Below are positions 49,695-61,796 of a DNA stretch of 64,000 nucleotides, piece by piece. Every line of letters starts with the position of its first letter. Positions within the stretch are counted from its first letter, which is position 1. The stretch spans positions 17,452,589 through 17,516,588 of the forward strand of contig CP154954.1 in assembly GCA_039621445.1 (NCBI GenBank), read 5' to 3'. This DNA is from Euglena gracilis (lineage: Eukaryota). Under the pieces are notes generated by a model that was given only the letters and a program-made list of their open reading frames with translations, had not been told where the DNA came from and did no database searches. A program made the translations under genes and the position numbers.

Positions 49695-52600
49695 CTAGAG
49701 TGAGTACGGGTGGTGTGCGCTGCTTCCCCCATCAGTCACTTCCTCCGCGCATTGACCCCAGGCCAGCTGCTTCGCTAGCTCCCTGGCCAGGGCCATGCTG
49801 AGGCCCTGCCAGCAGTTTGCCTCAGCAGCCCTCCTTTCCCATGAGTCGTGCTGTCCCACCAGCAAACGTACACACTGCCCAACGAAGCTGAGAGCTGAAT
49901 CTCCCATGCCTCCGTAGCAATCAAGAACGAAGGGAATGAACGTCCATCCCCTCCGTTTGCAACCATCGCCATATTTCTTGATTTTATCGGCCTCCTGTGA
50001 CTCGTGCCATTTCCCAAGGTCTTCCGTCCCAGGTCGCACACGGGATGGGGCAAGGGGGTGGCGGACAGTCACATCGATGGCTGCTGGGCCATTGGCGTCA
50101 TATCGCATCACAAACACGTCTCCTGGACGAGAACCATCCGGGGCACTTTCTTCTCTTCTGGCCGGGAATCCCGCTCTTCGGGCCAGGCCCAAGAGATAAG
50201 ACTGCACCGCCCCGTGTCGCCTCACAATGTTATTTCGGTGGCAACAGACGAGGTGGTGGCCTCTTACATCAAGGGGGTTGTGGCATCGCGGGCAGCCAGG
50301 CAGTCCATCACCGGGAGTAACCACAGGTGCGCCAACGGACCACTGGATCAGGGCCTGGAATTCCCTGGTTGGGATGAGGGTTTTCATCGCAGCACAGGGC
50401 ATCACGGATGCCCACGCCATAGCGTGGGGCTTCATTTGGCAAGTTAGCTTCAGTTTATCCACTCCTGAGAGGGAGTCGTGCAATGATTTTTGGCGCGCCA
50501 TTGCGCACTGCTGGCCGCAGAATTTTTGGGGGATCACGTCGTGAGGAAGTGTCTCATGCCTTCGGGGATCTTCCAGGAATGTCTTGACAGCCGGTGGGAG
50601 GTCACATGATGCGCTGATGTCCCCAACTAGCTTTGTGAAATCCGTTGGCAAGGGGGTCGCTCCGTTGAGTGGTGGCAAGTCCAGGATGCGTTCACCGCGA
50701 ACCAGGAAATCCAGTGTGGCAGCCCACCTTGCGCTGGTACGTTCGGTGCTTGGATCTCGGATACCCAATCCACCAAGGCGGACAGGAAGTGTGACCTGGC
50801 TCCACTGATCTTCCTCTAGAGGCCGTCCGACGATGACACTCATCGTGTTTCGTAAGGTTTTGCTGAGCAACGTGCACTGGGCGGTCGCCACGGTGATTGG
50901 TGTGGTCCTCAAGAGATCGTTCACTTTGCAAGCATCCAAGCACATTCGGAGAATTGTGAACTGGATGTGTGCAGAAGGTACCTTTTGTAGAAGAGAACAC
51001 GCTTTCAGAGCTGCCTCGCACCGTCCAAACCACACTCGATCTGCAAAGGTGTGATCTTCTGGGTGACAGACTGGCACTCCCAACGACTTGAGGCCTGACC
51101 CTGGTACGTAGGGAGTGACAGGGATACGCTGCAGCACACTTGTCCCGGGCGGGAGAGATGCCCAGTCTGGGTGGAAGGCGGGGCCCCACAGTGTGCACTT
51201 CTCGGCATTCAAGGCAACACCAATGAGGGGTCCTTTCTCCAACACGAGGTGTACTACCGCTTCAAGTTGGCGCAGGTTCCCCACGACGTGGGCATCATCC
51301 AAATACCATGCTTGCCATCCGCACACTGCATGTATTTCCTCCACAAGGCTTTGGATTGCAAGAGAGAAGGTAGCTGGTCCACACGGGTCCCCTTGTTGAA
51401 CTCCCGTTTCGCTTCGAAGGCACGCATCACCAAGGAACAAGCTGGAGTGCTCAGCGTAGCAGGTCTCCAACCATGTCACCATTTCGGGACATCGTTCTCG
51501 CGATGCCTCCAAGAGGGCTTCTCGTCGGATGCAATTGAACGCATTGGAGAAGTCGAGTTGCAGAATTCCCCAATCTCGGGACCCTCCTTGGTGCAGTGTT
51601 GTGACAACGTGTTGAAGGCCCATCCCGATGAGCCCACATGCGTCCGGACAGCCCACACCGAACTGTCCTGGCAGCCCTTCCAGCGTGAATTTCCGGACAG
51701 CGGGTTGGCGCATCAGGACTTTGCCCACGAGTCGCCTTAGACACTCGCCCGAGGCGATGGGGCGGGTGCCTTCTTGGGCGGGATCCAGTGAGGTGGGGAT
51801 GAGATTTCCCGCGTTGTCCACGGTAGTCGACGGCTTCACCTTGCGCAGGGCCGTGAGGCGTGCGGATGTGAGAATCTCGGCCGCACCGGCAGGCCATCCC
51901 TCGTTGATGCACCTGTACACGAAGGTCGTGAGTCCCTCCGGGAGTGTCTCTGCCTGGCCTCCTGCCTCTTTGCTCAGCATGTCTTTCAGGTGATCCGGCT
52001 TTAGCCCAGATGGGCCCGCCGCGGACTCCTTTCCGAAGCTAAAGACGGCCTTGCGCACCAAAGACAGCCGGTCCCTCCTTTCGTCCTCATCGGAAGGCGG
52101 CGGCACACCTTTCCGCTTGTCCGGTGGCCCTCGGCCAGGTGGCTCTTCGGAAGGGTGGAGATCCTTCAAGCGTTGGCGAACAATGGGGTCTTTGTTGTCC
52201 TGCACTCCATCAGACAGCAGGAATTGGCACGCTTTGCCAACTGCACCCTTGCTCACCAGGTGTTCAAGTCGGCGAACAATCCCCTCCTGCACTTCCTCCT
52301 CACGGCGAGCCTGGCCCCGCGTGCGGATCGTTTGGCTCAACTGTGGCAAACGGATGGAGTCCTTCCAACTCTCCGCCACCGCCCGCCTCAAAAATGCCTC
52401 CGCCCTGCCGCGAATGACCCGGCCCAAGCGGGCCGAATGCCCTCGGCCGCCCTTTCCTAGAGGGGCCAGCAAAGCCTTCGGGAATGCCCAAAGCGCGTGC
52501 AGAGTTTCCCACGTGGGCTTGTCATTGAACGCGCGCAGGATCGTGGAATACGCATCCGAGACCGCTGGGAGGGCCCCCTTCGGGATGTTCGAAACCGTCC

Positions 52601-53345
52601 CACGGGAGTCCAAAGAAATTTCGGTCCAGGACGGGTACAAATCCGGGCAAGGAGAAGTCAAGGGGGCGCCAGATTTCATGCCGGGGATAAAATCCATCCC
52701 CATGTCCTGGTCGTCCTGCAGCGCGCTTGGGCCGCGGGTCGTGGTTCTTGAATCAATGGAGGGGAGAGCGGCCTCTGGCGGTGGTCGGCTGAGAAGGGCC
52801 TGAAGAAGTTGTTGAAGGTCCCGGGCGTCCTGCGTCGTGGTCTCTTCCACTGGGCCTAAGGCGGAAGGAGGCACGTGTGTTGTGGCCAGTAAGAACCCCA
52901 CCGCTCTTGTGGGGTCCGTAGTCAGGTCGATATCCATGGATCCCGTCGGCGGATCCGCCGGGGGGGTGGGTCCCGGGTTTGCTTCCACGTCGCCCGATGT
53001 CAGGATGTCGTCACCTCTGCCCGACCGGCAGTGGTAGCTTACGGCCAAGGAATTCCTTAGTGCCGGGAAGAGACATGGCTTTTTTGCTCCAGGAACATGG
53101 CATGAGGCACTGTGGACTGTCTGGCATGTTTTTTGCGTCTGGTCAGGGTGTGCGGCAGAAGCAGGTGAGCGGTTGTGTGTCCGGGGGCTTGTTTCGTGGC
53201 TATGCTGTCTGCTGGGTGGCTGAATCTCACCTTGCTGACCATTGGGGGCCGTTGGCTCGATGCCTGCCAAAGCTGATGCACAAGGTTGTTGGCAGGGATT
53301 GGATCTTTCAGGGCCAGCTGCAATGTCTGCCAAATCCCTGTCCAA
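49695..53345 (-). CDS. RT plus zinc knuckle plus restriction-like endonuclease, with N-proximal 2A peptide
   Basis: RPIASGECLRRLVGK, QFGVG, LDFSNAFN, GVQQGDP, YLDD, GGLG, CPRC...HLVCC, RH, RPGD...IDVTV...EADKIKKY, PFVLDCYG; GDVEANPGP at 52968-52994. Confidence 0.93.
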   Translation of the reverse strand: MDRDLADIAAGPERSNPCQQPCASALAGIEPTAPNGQQGEIQPPSRQHSHETSPRTHNRSPASAAHPDQTQKTCQTVHSASCHVPGAKKPCLFPALRNSLAVSYHCRSGRGDDILTSGDVEANPGPTPPADPPTGSMDIDLTTDPTRAVGFLLATTHVPPSALGPVEETTTQDARDLQQLLQALLSRPPPEAALPSIDSRTTTRGPSALQDDQDMGMDFIPGMKSGAPLTSPCPDLYPSWTEISLDSRGTVSNIPKGALPAVSDAYSTILRAFNDKPTWETLHALWAFPKALLAPLGKGGRGHSARLGRVIRGRAEAFLRRAVAESWKDSIRLPQLSQTIRTRGQARREEEVQEGIVRRLEHLVSKGAVGKACQFLLSDGVQDNKDPIVRQRLKDLHPSEEPPGRGPPDKRKGVPPPSDEDERRDRLSLVRKAVFSFGKESAAGPSGLKPDHLKDMLSKEAGGQAETLPEGLTTFVYRCINEGWPAGAAEILTSARLTALRKVKPSTTVDNAGNLIPTSLDPAQEGTRPIASGECLRRLVGKVLMRQPAVRKFTLEGLPGQFGVGCPDACGLIGMGLQHVVTTLHQGGSRDWGILQLDFSNAFNCIRREALLEASRERCPEMVTWLETCYAEHSSLFLGDACLRSETGVQQGDPCGPATFSLAIQSLVEEIHAVCGWQAWYLDDAHVVGNLRQLEAVVHLVLEKGPLIGVALNAEKCTLWGPAFHPDWASLPPGTSVLQRIPVTPYVPGSGLKSLGVPVCHPEDHTFADRVWFGRCEAALKACSLLQKVPSAHIQFTILRMCLDACKVNDLLRTTPITVATAQCTLLSKTLRNTMSVIVGRPLEEDQWSQVTLPVRLGGLGIRDPSTERTSARWAATLDFLVRGERILDLPPLNGATPLPTDFTKLVGDISASCDLPPAVKTFLEDPRRHETLPHDVIPQKFCGQQCAMARQKSLHDSLSGVDKLKLTCQMKPHAMAWASVMPCAAMKTLIPTREFQALIQWSVGAPVVTPGDGLPGCPRCHNPLDVRGHHLVCCHRNNIVRRHGAVQSYLLGLARRAGFPARREESAPDGSRPGDVFVMRYDANGPAAIDVTVRHPLAPSRVRPGTEDLGKWHESQEADKIKKYGDGCKRRGWTFIPFVLDCYGGMGDSALSFVGQCVRLLVGQHDSWERRAAEANCWQGLSMALARELAKQLAWGQCAEEVTDGGSSAHHPYSL

Positions 53346-54482
53346 TGCTGACGGCTGGGTGGAAGAGCCTCACCCCGTTGTTGAATGGGGGCTTTTGGTC
53401 CAATGTCTGTCAAATGCTGCAGGCTGTGCGTTTTCTCCTGCACCATTGGCATTTGGCAGAGGCAAAAAACACGGGCCAAACCCACTTTGAAGACCACAGT
53501 GCGCGATGAGGAGATGCGGAGCAGGAAGGCAGACAGCTTGAGTTGGAAAGTTTTGACATCGAGTCCCGCAGGATTATAGCATTGACACTGCAGGCCGAAT
53601 GTCTCACTCACTCACCTTCTGCTGGGTTGATCCTCCGGGGCTGAAGTTCTGGGTTGACCCCTCGGGGGTTGCCCCCCCCGTTGGCAGTAAGGGGGTGGAA
53701 TGCTGAGCAGGTACTCCAGGGTTGAGCTCCCGGGCTGTTGCTGAGGGGCTGATTCCCTGGGCGGGCACGACGGGGCTGAATTCCTGGCCCAACTCTCCAG
53801 GGCAGACTGGGGAAGATTCTTCTGGGGGGGAACTGGGTGCACAGGATGTCCCAGGGCCAGGTAAGATGTAATGTCTGGGGTCTGTGGTGCTGGGTGGCTG
53901 AGTCTCACCCTGCTGTAAATTCAAGGCTGACAAATCCTGCTGGCTGTTTGAAGCCTGCTGCATGTTTTTCCCTTCCACCATGTGAATTTGAATTTGGGAA
54001 ATGCAAAACACATGGGCCAAGACAACATTGATGATCAGAATGTTCAGCATGATTGGGCAAGTTGTGGTTGTAGTGGCTGTGCCTGCTGCAGCTGCAGTGG
54101 GAGCCATTATGGGCTCGACCTCTGCTGCATTTTGCTTCAGTTCCTTGGGCTCCATGGTGAACAATTCTCCTGGGGCTGGATCCTCCAGGGCTTGGATCGC
54201 AGATGTTGATGTACTGATGCTGGGTGGCTGAATCTCACCCTGCTTCTCCTGGGGCTAGATCTCCCAGGGCTTGAGTCGATGTGCTGCTGCTGGGTGGCTG
54301 AACCTCACCCTGCAATCAGTGGACCTTGCTCTCCACCAAGAAGGCTGACTCCAGATTAGATGAAAAGCAGAAACTGCAGCGATCAAATCAATTTGACAAT
54401 TGTTGATTGTAAACTTCGTCTCCTTGGGGAAGTGAACTTTTACGGGCCACCCGCCCGCTTGCCAGACATGTTCATGTGGAGG

Positions 54483-54508
54483 CGAAAAAAAATAGACACT
54501 CAGAAAGT
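54483..54508 (-). other. Euglenid spliced-leader exon sequence
   Basis: Minus strand reads ACTTTCTGAGTGTCTATTTTTTTTCG, which I recognise as the 26-nt Euglena-type spliced leader; not followed by a GT donor. Confidence 0.88.
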
Positions 54509-54540
54509 AGTTGTTCAAGTCAAAGACCCAGCGGGGTGCC

Positions 54541-55766
54541 CGGTGGTGGGGCGAACCGAATCCACCGACCAGTGGCACAGCCTACTGGATTTGAGTGTTC
54601 AGGGGGAGAGGGAGGATATGTACAGATGGGGGAACACCATGGATGGTCAGAGGGGATATACAGAGGCAGGGGTGGCTTTAGTGACCGAGGTTACGGGCGT
54701 TGAGGTGATGTTGTGTAGGTTCGGGGTCGTGAGGGCACGGATGATGCAGGGCCTGGCCCTAGTGGGAGCCGTTTCTTCTATTCGGTCGATCCGGCTCCTG
54801 CGTGCCCTGTGCATCGTGCCATGTGCACCCTGCTGACCTTTGGGGCCCGGTGGCCCAATGCTTGCCAGAGCTGAAACAAATTGCTGCTGACTGGGATTTG
54901 ATCTTCCAGGGCCAGCTGCAACGATGTGGTTCACCAATGTGAAATGCTGCAAGGTGAGTGACTGGATCTCACCCTGCTGCAGATTGGGGGCTGTTGGTTC
55001 AATGCCTGTCAAATACTGCTGGCTGTTTGCTTCCTCCATTTGCATTTGGCAAAGGCAAAAGGCATTGGCCAAAAAGACTTGGAAGATCACAATGTGCAGC
55101 ATGTGTGGGGTGCTAGTTCCAGCTGCAGAGGGAAGATGCCCTGGGAAATGTGCCCTGGGGGGGATGTCACTGGGGAGGGGGTTGAACCCCAATTTGACAG
55201 ACCCAGTGACTCAAACGCTTTCATTTCCCTGGGGACATGCAACAACAACAACAGCAAGACAAAGATGGGCCTGGAGAGGCCAAGGCAGTTGCATCTTATA
55301 AAATGTCTTGCTGCCACAGTGGTCAATGATGATCGACATGGCACCATTACATCTTGGCTGCTGGGGCTGCCTGTGGCTATACTCCTGCTGCTAGGGCGGC
55401 CTGAGGCTCTGCCCTTGCTGCTGGAGTCGCCGGAGGCTTCGCACCCGCTGCTTGATGTCTGGAAGCTGCAGCTGCTGAGCATGCTGCTGCTGGTGCCATC
55501 GATGTGGACCCCAGATGTCCAGGAGGTGACCATGCTGCTGCTGGCGCTGCTGCTGGCGCAAAAAATATGGGCCGTACTCTCCACGAAGAAGGCTGACTCC
55601 AGACTTGAACACTTGAACAGCAGGAACTGCAGTGACCAATGCAACCAATTGTGACAATGATTGAAATTCTGTCTCCTTGAGGGTCTGCTGCAAACTTTCA
55701 CGGGCCACTCGCCCGCTTGTCGGACATGTTCATGTGGAGACGAAAAAAAATAGACACTCAGAAAGT
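54541..55766 (-). mobile_element. Non-autonomous internal-deletion relative of the CRE-like element
   Basis: 54541-54660 matches the 3' end 49130-49250; 55620-55775 matches the 5' end 54365-54520; no RT or RLE. Confidence 0.8.
55741..55766 (-). other. Euglenid spliced-leader exon sequence (second copy)
   Basis: Identical 26-mer ACTTTCTGAGTGTCTATTTTTTTTCG on the minus strand. Confidence 0.88.
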
Positions 55767-56109
55767 TGTTCAAGTAGAGTTAAGAATTTGTCAGTTGACA
55801 TCATCTTAAGAAACTGAATCTCAACCGTTGTGAACAAACGGTCTTGTATACACATCCTTTTCCAATCTACATCCAGGTCTCAAAAAAGGGTGGGAAATCA
55901 TCATCTTTTGAGATTTTAATACTTTTATATTTTTGGTGAAGATTCTCCACTGCTAAAAATGTAAAAAGCGCGCGTGATCCAGAAGAACAGTCAAAAAGTT
56001 TTTTAACAAACATCAGCCATTTTTTCTGTGTTTCTGGTCATGGGTGGTGCAATTGTGAGTGAGTGAGCGACCGAGCGAGCGAGTGTGTGAATGTGATTGT
56101 GAGCGCCTT

Positions 56110-56128
56110 GGATGAGTGTGTGTAGAAC

Positions 56129-56194
<66 letters not shown>

Positions 56195-56305
56195 TGTGTG
56201 TGTTGTGTTGTGTTGTGTTGTGTTCTGTTCTGTTGGGTTGTATTGTGTTGTGGTGTTGTGTGTTGTGGGTGGGTGGGTGGGTGGGTGGGTGGGCGTGGGC
56301 GTGGG
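56110..56305. repeat. Compound microsatellite (TC, AC, TG, TGTGT, GGGT)
   Basis: Stacked simple repeats read directly. Confidence 0.9.
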
Positions 56306-59300
56306 GTTTGGACATTCAGCTTCATTGATCACCTTCCAGATTGATCAGAGAGCACCCTCATTTTTTAGTACCCTGTCATGTCGCACGAAGAACAAGGTGA
56401 TTTAAGTTCTTTTGTGATGAAAATTCATCCTCTTTCCTCCACAGGTGAACAGTATTATGAGGGACAGTACGAACCGCAATATGAAGAAAATTTTTTGCAA
56501 GAAGGAGAGCAAGGTGTGCCAAGCCACAACCACATTTCATTTTTTTGCTCTCCTGGTGGCGCTCCCCTTGGCCTTGGGGGGGGGAGGACTTTTTTGGGTC
56601 TAATCTTCCTGTGTAACACCAAGAAACACGGATTTTTTTTGCAATTCTTCTGCAATTGGGGGGACACAAGGGATGTTGGACCTTTGATTTGTGTTCTTTT
56701 TTAATTTTCATTTTTTTCATTTTAACTCAACTCAATTCAAGTTGGAAGGGCAAAGTCGGGGTACCCTCATCCCCCCCATTTTGCCCCCCCCCCTAATTGG
56801 CTAATTGGGGGTCCCGTTGGACGGTCCATAAGCCAATTAGGGGGGGGGGTCAGGCTTATTGGCCATTGGCCGGGGTAACCCCCCCCTAATTGTCCCCCCC
56901 CCTAATTGGCTAATTGGGGGTCCGAAGGAGCCCGGCCATAGCCAAATAGGGGGGGGGGAGGGTACTTGTTAGGACCAAAGTCAGGCCAGAAATTAGGCCT
57001 AACTTCTAACCTGAATTGTAACCCTAACCCCACTCCTTCAATAACCCTAAAAATTCCGACTTAGAAAAATTTCGGTGGGGGTCGCTTAGCGAACAAGTAC
57101 CAAAGTCGGTACTTGTCTGTTGTCACGCGGCAGAACCCCGCCCCCTTTTTGGGTTGCACTTTTGGAGTTTTTGCCCTTCAGGCAAATCACCCCATTTCCC
57201 TGTTCTGGGTGGGCAGCCTTGCATGACACAGGGGTCAGCGTCTTTTATCCCCCTTTTCTCCAACTGCTGCCTCTGGATTTCTTGCAAGGTGCGGGACAAT
57301 GCGAGCGTGCCAAAGAAAAAATTTTGGCCCGGCCAAAAAACCCTCCGTCGGCTGGGGCTCAGGGACAATAGGGGGGGGGGTAAACCTGTTGCGGCACACG
57401 CCGACCAGAAGCAGCCTGGCCGCACCTTGCCACCAGGGTTTTGGCTTGTCTTGGAAATCTTCACCTCAAGGTTGCGACGACTAGTTGACTAGTGATTATT
57501 CGTTCGCAACCCCCGAACAGGATCGTTCAGGCCCAAAAAGGATAATCCACACCATATACAATGGTGATTATTGTGATAGGCAGGGGGTTATTTCGGTACT
57601 TGTCGGTTAGTCGATCCACGGCAGTGCATCAAGTCTGTCAGTCGATCCACACCAATTACGGTTAGGAAACCGGCTATGCTGAAGGAAGTTCACGGCCATC
57701 CTAACTGCCATCGGTGAGCGGCAGACCATCTGCCCCTCCAATCCTATCACTTCCCTGCAGCTGTTATGTCTTCGTTCGCTCAGTACAACAGAAACCAATT
57801 TTGGGCTTTTATGGATTATAGCTAGTCGGCGAGATGGGGGGGGGGGTAGTGGGTAGTCGGCCGACTAGTCGGCGAAATACCCACTCTAATGTACCAACGA
57901 GTCAAAACCGCCGACTTTTAAGCCCCTCCTGTGAACAAATCCCTAAGCAGACTAGCCGGCAAACATAAAAATGGTCTCTGGCTTGCCCAAATCACCCAGA
58001 AATGGTCTACCTGGGGCCAAATGAGTACTCTGCACCAGTGTGATCACCCACAGATGAAAATGCCTGGTTGGTGGGGGGTCAATTTTGGGTTGGTGGGACT
58101 GCAGATTGCCACAGATACACAAGGTTTGCATGAAAATCAGTTACAAATGAGAGTGTTTGCACCTTGAGAGGCAGAAAACTCCCCAATCCAACCCCACCCG
58201 GGCCTCGGTTTGGGCTTTTTTTTTGAAGTGAAAGTGACAATTTAGAGTAGGGCAAAGTATATTCATGCGAACTTAGTCGGCCTACGGCCTCCTCGCGCGG
58301 GGGGGGGGGGGTGCTACCGCCCCCCCCCCCGCACCCCCCTCAAATGGCAAAATCCCTTTATGTTGGCAAAATACTTGGGGGGCAAAATCCTTTTCCGTTG
58401 GCTGTTTTGACATCGGTGGGGGGGACCTCCAGTTGATCGAGTGCGAACTTAGTCGGCCTACGGCATCCTCGGGGGGGGGGGGGGGGCCCCCTCCCCCCCA
58501 TGCACCCCCCCTCAAATAGCAAAATCCCTTTATGTTGGCAAAATTCTTTGGGGGGCTAAGTTCTTTTTTTTGTTGACCATTTTGACTGGGTTTTCCTTGC
58601 CACCGTATGGAAAATATCATGGGCAGGGGTGAAATTTTGCTAAAAGTTGCTTAAAAAAAAAGGAGGCTTTTCTTCCGATTTTTTTGCTTATTCACCCCTG
58701 ATTGGTGGGTTCTAGAGCCATTTGGGTGGGTTTCCGTTGGTTTTGGGATGATTTGGACAAAAATTTCTTTGGGTGGGGGGCTTAAAAGTCGGCAAACTTG
58801 ACCCGTTAGTACATTAGAGTGGGTAGTCGGCCGACTGGTCAGCCGACTACCCCCCCCCCCACCCCGTCTCGCCAACTAGCTACCGACTTGGCCTAGTCGG
58901 CCGACCAATTGGGTAGTTGGCCGACTTGTCGCCCCCCCCCCCGAGCTATTTCCGTCCCCAGGACCCTTTACGGCCTGGGTCCCCCCCCCGAGCTATTCCC
59001 ATACCCGACCCTTGGGCAGTCCAAAAGGGGTCAATTTTGGCAACTTTTTTTGCATGTTCGCAAAAAATGGTCAATTTTAAGCACATTTACCAAAATCAAT
59101 TTTTGAAAAGTCCCAAAAACGTCGATTTTTGAGCACTTTTTGGGGAAGTTCTTTGTAAAAAGTGCTATGACAGTGAGCTATTCCCGTCCCCCCAATGGGA
59201 AATTTCTCGGGGGGGGGGGAAAGCTCGGGGGGGGCATGGTACCCACTACCCCCCCAGTCTCCGTTTGGCACTCAAGAGCCCCATGTTCATCCAAACAAAC

Positions 59301-60698
59301 ACCAGAGCATGCACAGACTGCCCCAATGGCCGGTTTTGCAAATCTCCATGCAAGAGCTTGAAATGATTGAAAAGCCTGTGGAATGGCTACCTGCTTCAAA
59401 CGGGGAAATACTGGCAGTGGCTGAAAACTTCCCCCCCCCCCAGGGCCGCATTTTTCGGACCATTTCAGGGGGGGGGGGATTTTCGGACCCCTGGGAGCTT
59501 AAGCTTCGGACCATTTCAGGGGGGGGGGGATTTTCGGACCCCTGGGAGCTTAAGCCCCGGCCGTGTCACAGAGAACCATGGAATCTGAACCTAAGATGGA
59601 CATAGCACCTGTTGGTGCACGAAACTCAAATATGGCTGTTTGTTGAAACCGTGTTTGGGCCGATTTCGAGATTTTAAAAGTCTTAAATCTTCGCCCAAAA
59701 CACGGTTTCAAACAAGAACAGTGTTTTGGGCCAAGGTTTCAGGGGGGCCCAGGGGCGACCACGGCGCCTTCGGCGCCGCGGTCCCCGCCCCTGGGCTCCC
59801 CCTAACTCTTGGCCCAAACACAGTTCTTGACACAGAAGACCATTTTGCATTGGACTACAACATTTGTTTCATGATGGTTCAGAAGGACAAAAAATCGCTA
59901 CCACGGCATGTGTAAAAAAAGGAATTCCTTCCAAAAAGCCCTTGCCTTGCGCCTTTGTTGACTTTTTTGGAGGGGGGGGACCGGGCTTTTTCAAGGGGGG
60001 GGGGGATTTTCGGACCCCTGGAAGCATAAGGTGGAACCGCCAAAATCTGGCCGATTTGAGGGAGGGGGGGATTTTCGGGGGGGGGGGGGGAGTTTTCAGC
60101 CACTGCTAGTAACGGTACTTGTCTGTTAGTCGATCCGCGGCAAAACAGGTTGATCCACACCTATTTTTGGCCTACTTTGGGTCACTGATGGACAGGGAAA
60201 GCACAAAACAGGGTCAGAAGATACGGCTGGTGTCGGCACAGGGTCTAGAGAGTTTGTGGAGCTGCGCACATCGCTACACAGGTACGAGTCGCAGGGGAAC
60301 GCCTGTAGAACCATTGACTTCCTCTTGTGACAATGCGGACGTTCATGCAAATTTGTCGAACTCAACTCGCTGGTTGTCCTCATACCGACCAGGCCTAGTC
60401 GGCCGACCAGTTGGGTAGTCGGCCAACTAGTCGGCCGACTACTCGGCCGACCACTTAGGTGGTTTGGCCGACGAGTCGGCCGACTACCCACTACCCGCCC
60501 TCCCCCCCCCCCCCGCAGCCTACCGCCATGCGCGGGTCTTTTGACATTGTTGGGAAATAAACATGTCCCATGGACGTTTTCTGCTCCCCATTTGTGCACA
60601 CCATCAATCGGTTAATCGATTGAGGAGCCTGGTTAACTACGGTTAATTGACCAATTGCAAAAGGTCTGGTTAACTCGTCAACCCTGGAGATTGCTTTT

Positions 60699-61796
60699 AA
60701 AACCTATTTTCTGGGCCCGACGCCTGTCTTGAAATTCTACTGACATTAAACGGTTTCAGGCTGAAATTGTTTATGTCGGTCGATTTCCATTCAGGCGCCC
60801 GTTTATGAAAGTCGATTTCCATTCAGGCGCCCGTTTATGAAAGTCGATTTCCATTCAGGCGCCCGTTTATGACAGTCGATTTCCATTCAGGCGCCCGTTT
60901 ATTGAAAGTCGATTTCCATTCCATTGAAATCTGTTGCTAGTCAGATTGGGAATTTTTAGTGATTTTTTGGACATTTTGTATTTCCATTTTTTTTGACATT
61001 TTTGGTCCTATGGGGTTGTGGAGGAGTTATGGATCAGACAAAAACCAAATTTTGTGGCCAGGTGATCACAGCTGGCTGAACTTTGGATGGAACAGACGGA
61101 AGGACGGTACTTAAGATTATTATTTTCTGGATCTTCAGGAATAGCATTCGGCATATTTGTCCTGAACCAGTTGTCATCACTGGCCATCTAAAAGAAAAGG
61201 TTTCGGGTGAGGAGTTATTTGGCAATGTCAACCCTATTTTCTGGGCTCGACGCCTGTATTGCAATTATATTGACATCATCGGATTTCGGGCCAAGGCTGT
61301 GTTCATAGCAAAAGGCTGTGTTCATGGCTTTGGTCAAAATCTGTGTTTGAAATAAAACGCAGACTCTGGCCTGAGTCTCTGTTTCGAAACGCTGAGTCTG
61401 TTATTCGGCCTGAGTCTGCGTTTCGAAACGCAGACTCAGGTCAGAGTCTGCGTTTAAGAAGCAGTTCTTGATATAAAAATTAAAAAAAAAAAAAAAGCAT
61501 TCCGAAAAAAAGAGACAATTTCCAAGACATCGGAAACCGTTTATGTAAGTCGATTTCCATTCAGGCGCCCGTTTATGTAAGTCGATTTCCATTCAGGCGC
61601 CCGTTTATGTAAGTCGATTTCCATTCAGGCGCCCGTTTATGAAAGTCGATTTCCATTCAGGCGCCGTTTATGTCAGTCGATTTCCATTCATGCGCCCGTT
61701 AATGGGCCAAAAACCACTTTTTGACCATATTTCCGTCCAGGCGGTTCGGTCGAATGAATATCAAGACAGGCGTCGGGCCCAGACAAAATAGGTTTT
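60699..61796. mobile_element. TIR element with 30-bp subterminal tandem repeats
   Basis: AAAACCTATTTTCTGGGCCCGACGCCTGTCTTGA and near reverse complement at the right end; arrays of AGTCGATTTCCATTCAGGCGCCCGTTTATG near both ends; inverted relative at ~3480-3740. Confidence 0.72.

Larger units (their letters stand above)
49130..54508 (-). mobile_element. CRE-like (RLE-type) non-LTR retrotransposon, apparently full length
   Basis: RT-RLE ORF; 5' end marked by the spliced-leader exon, 3' end abuts (TA)n at ~49112-49129; both ends are shared with 54541-55766. Confidence 0.85.

Noticed and set aside
54483-55766. Functional SL RNA gene array
   Set aside because: Neither exon copy is followed by a GT donor or recognisable SL intron; both run into retroelement sequence.
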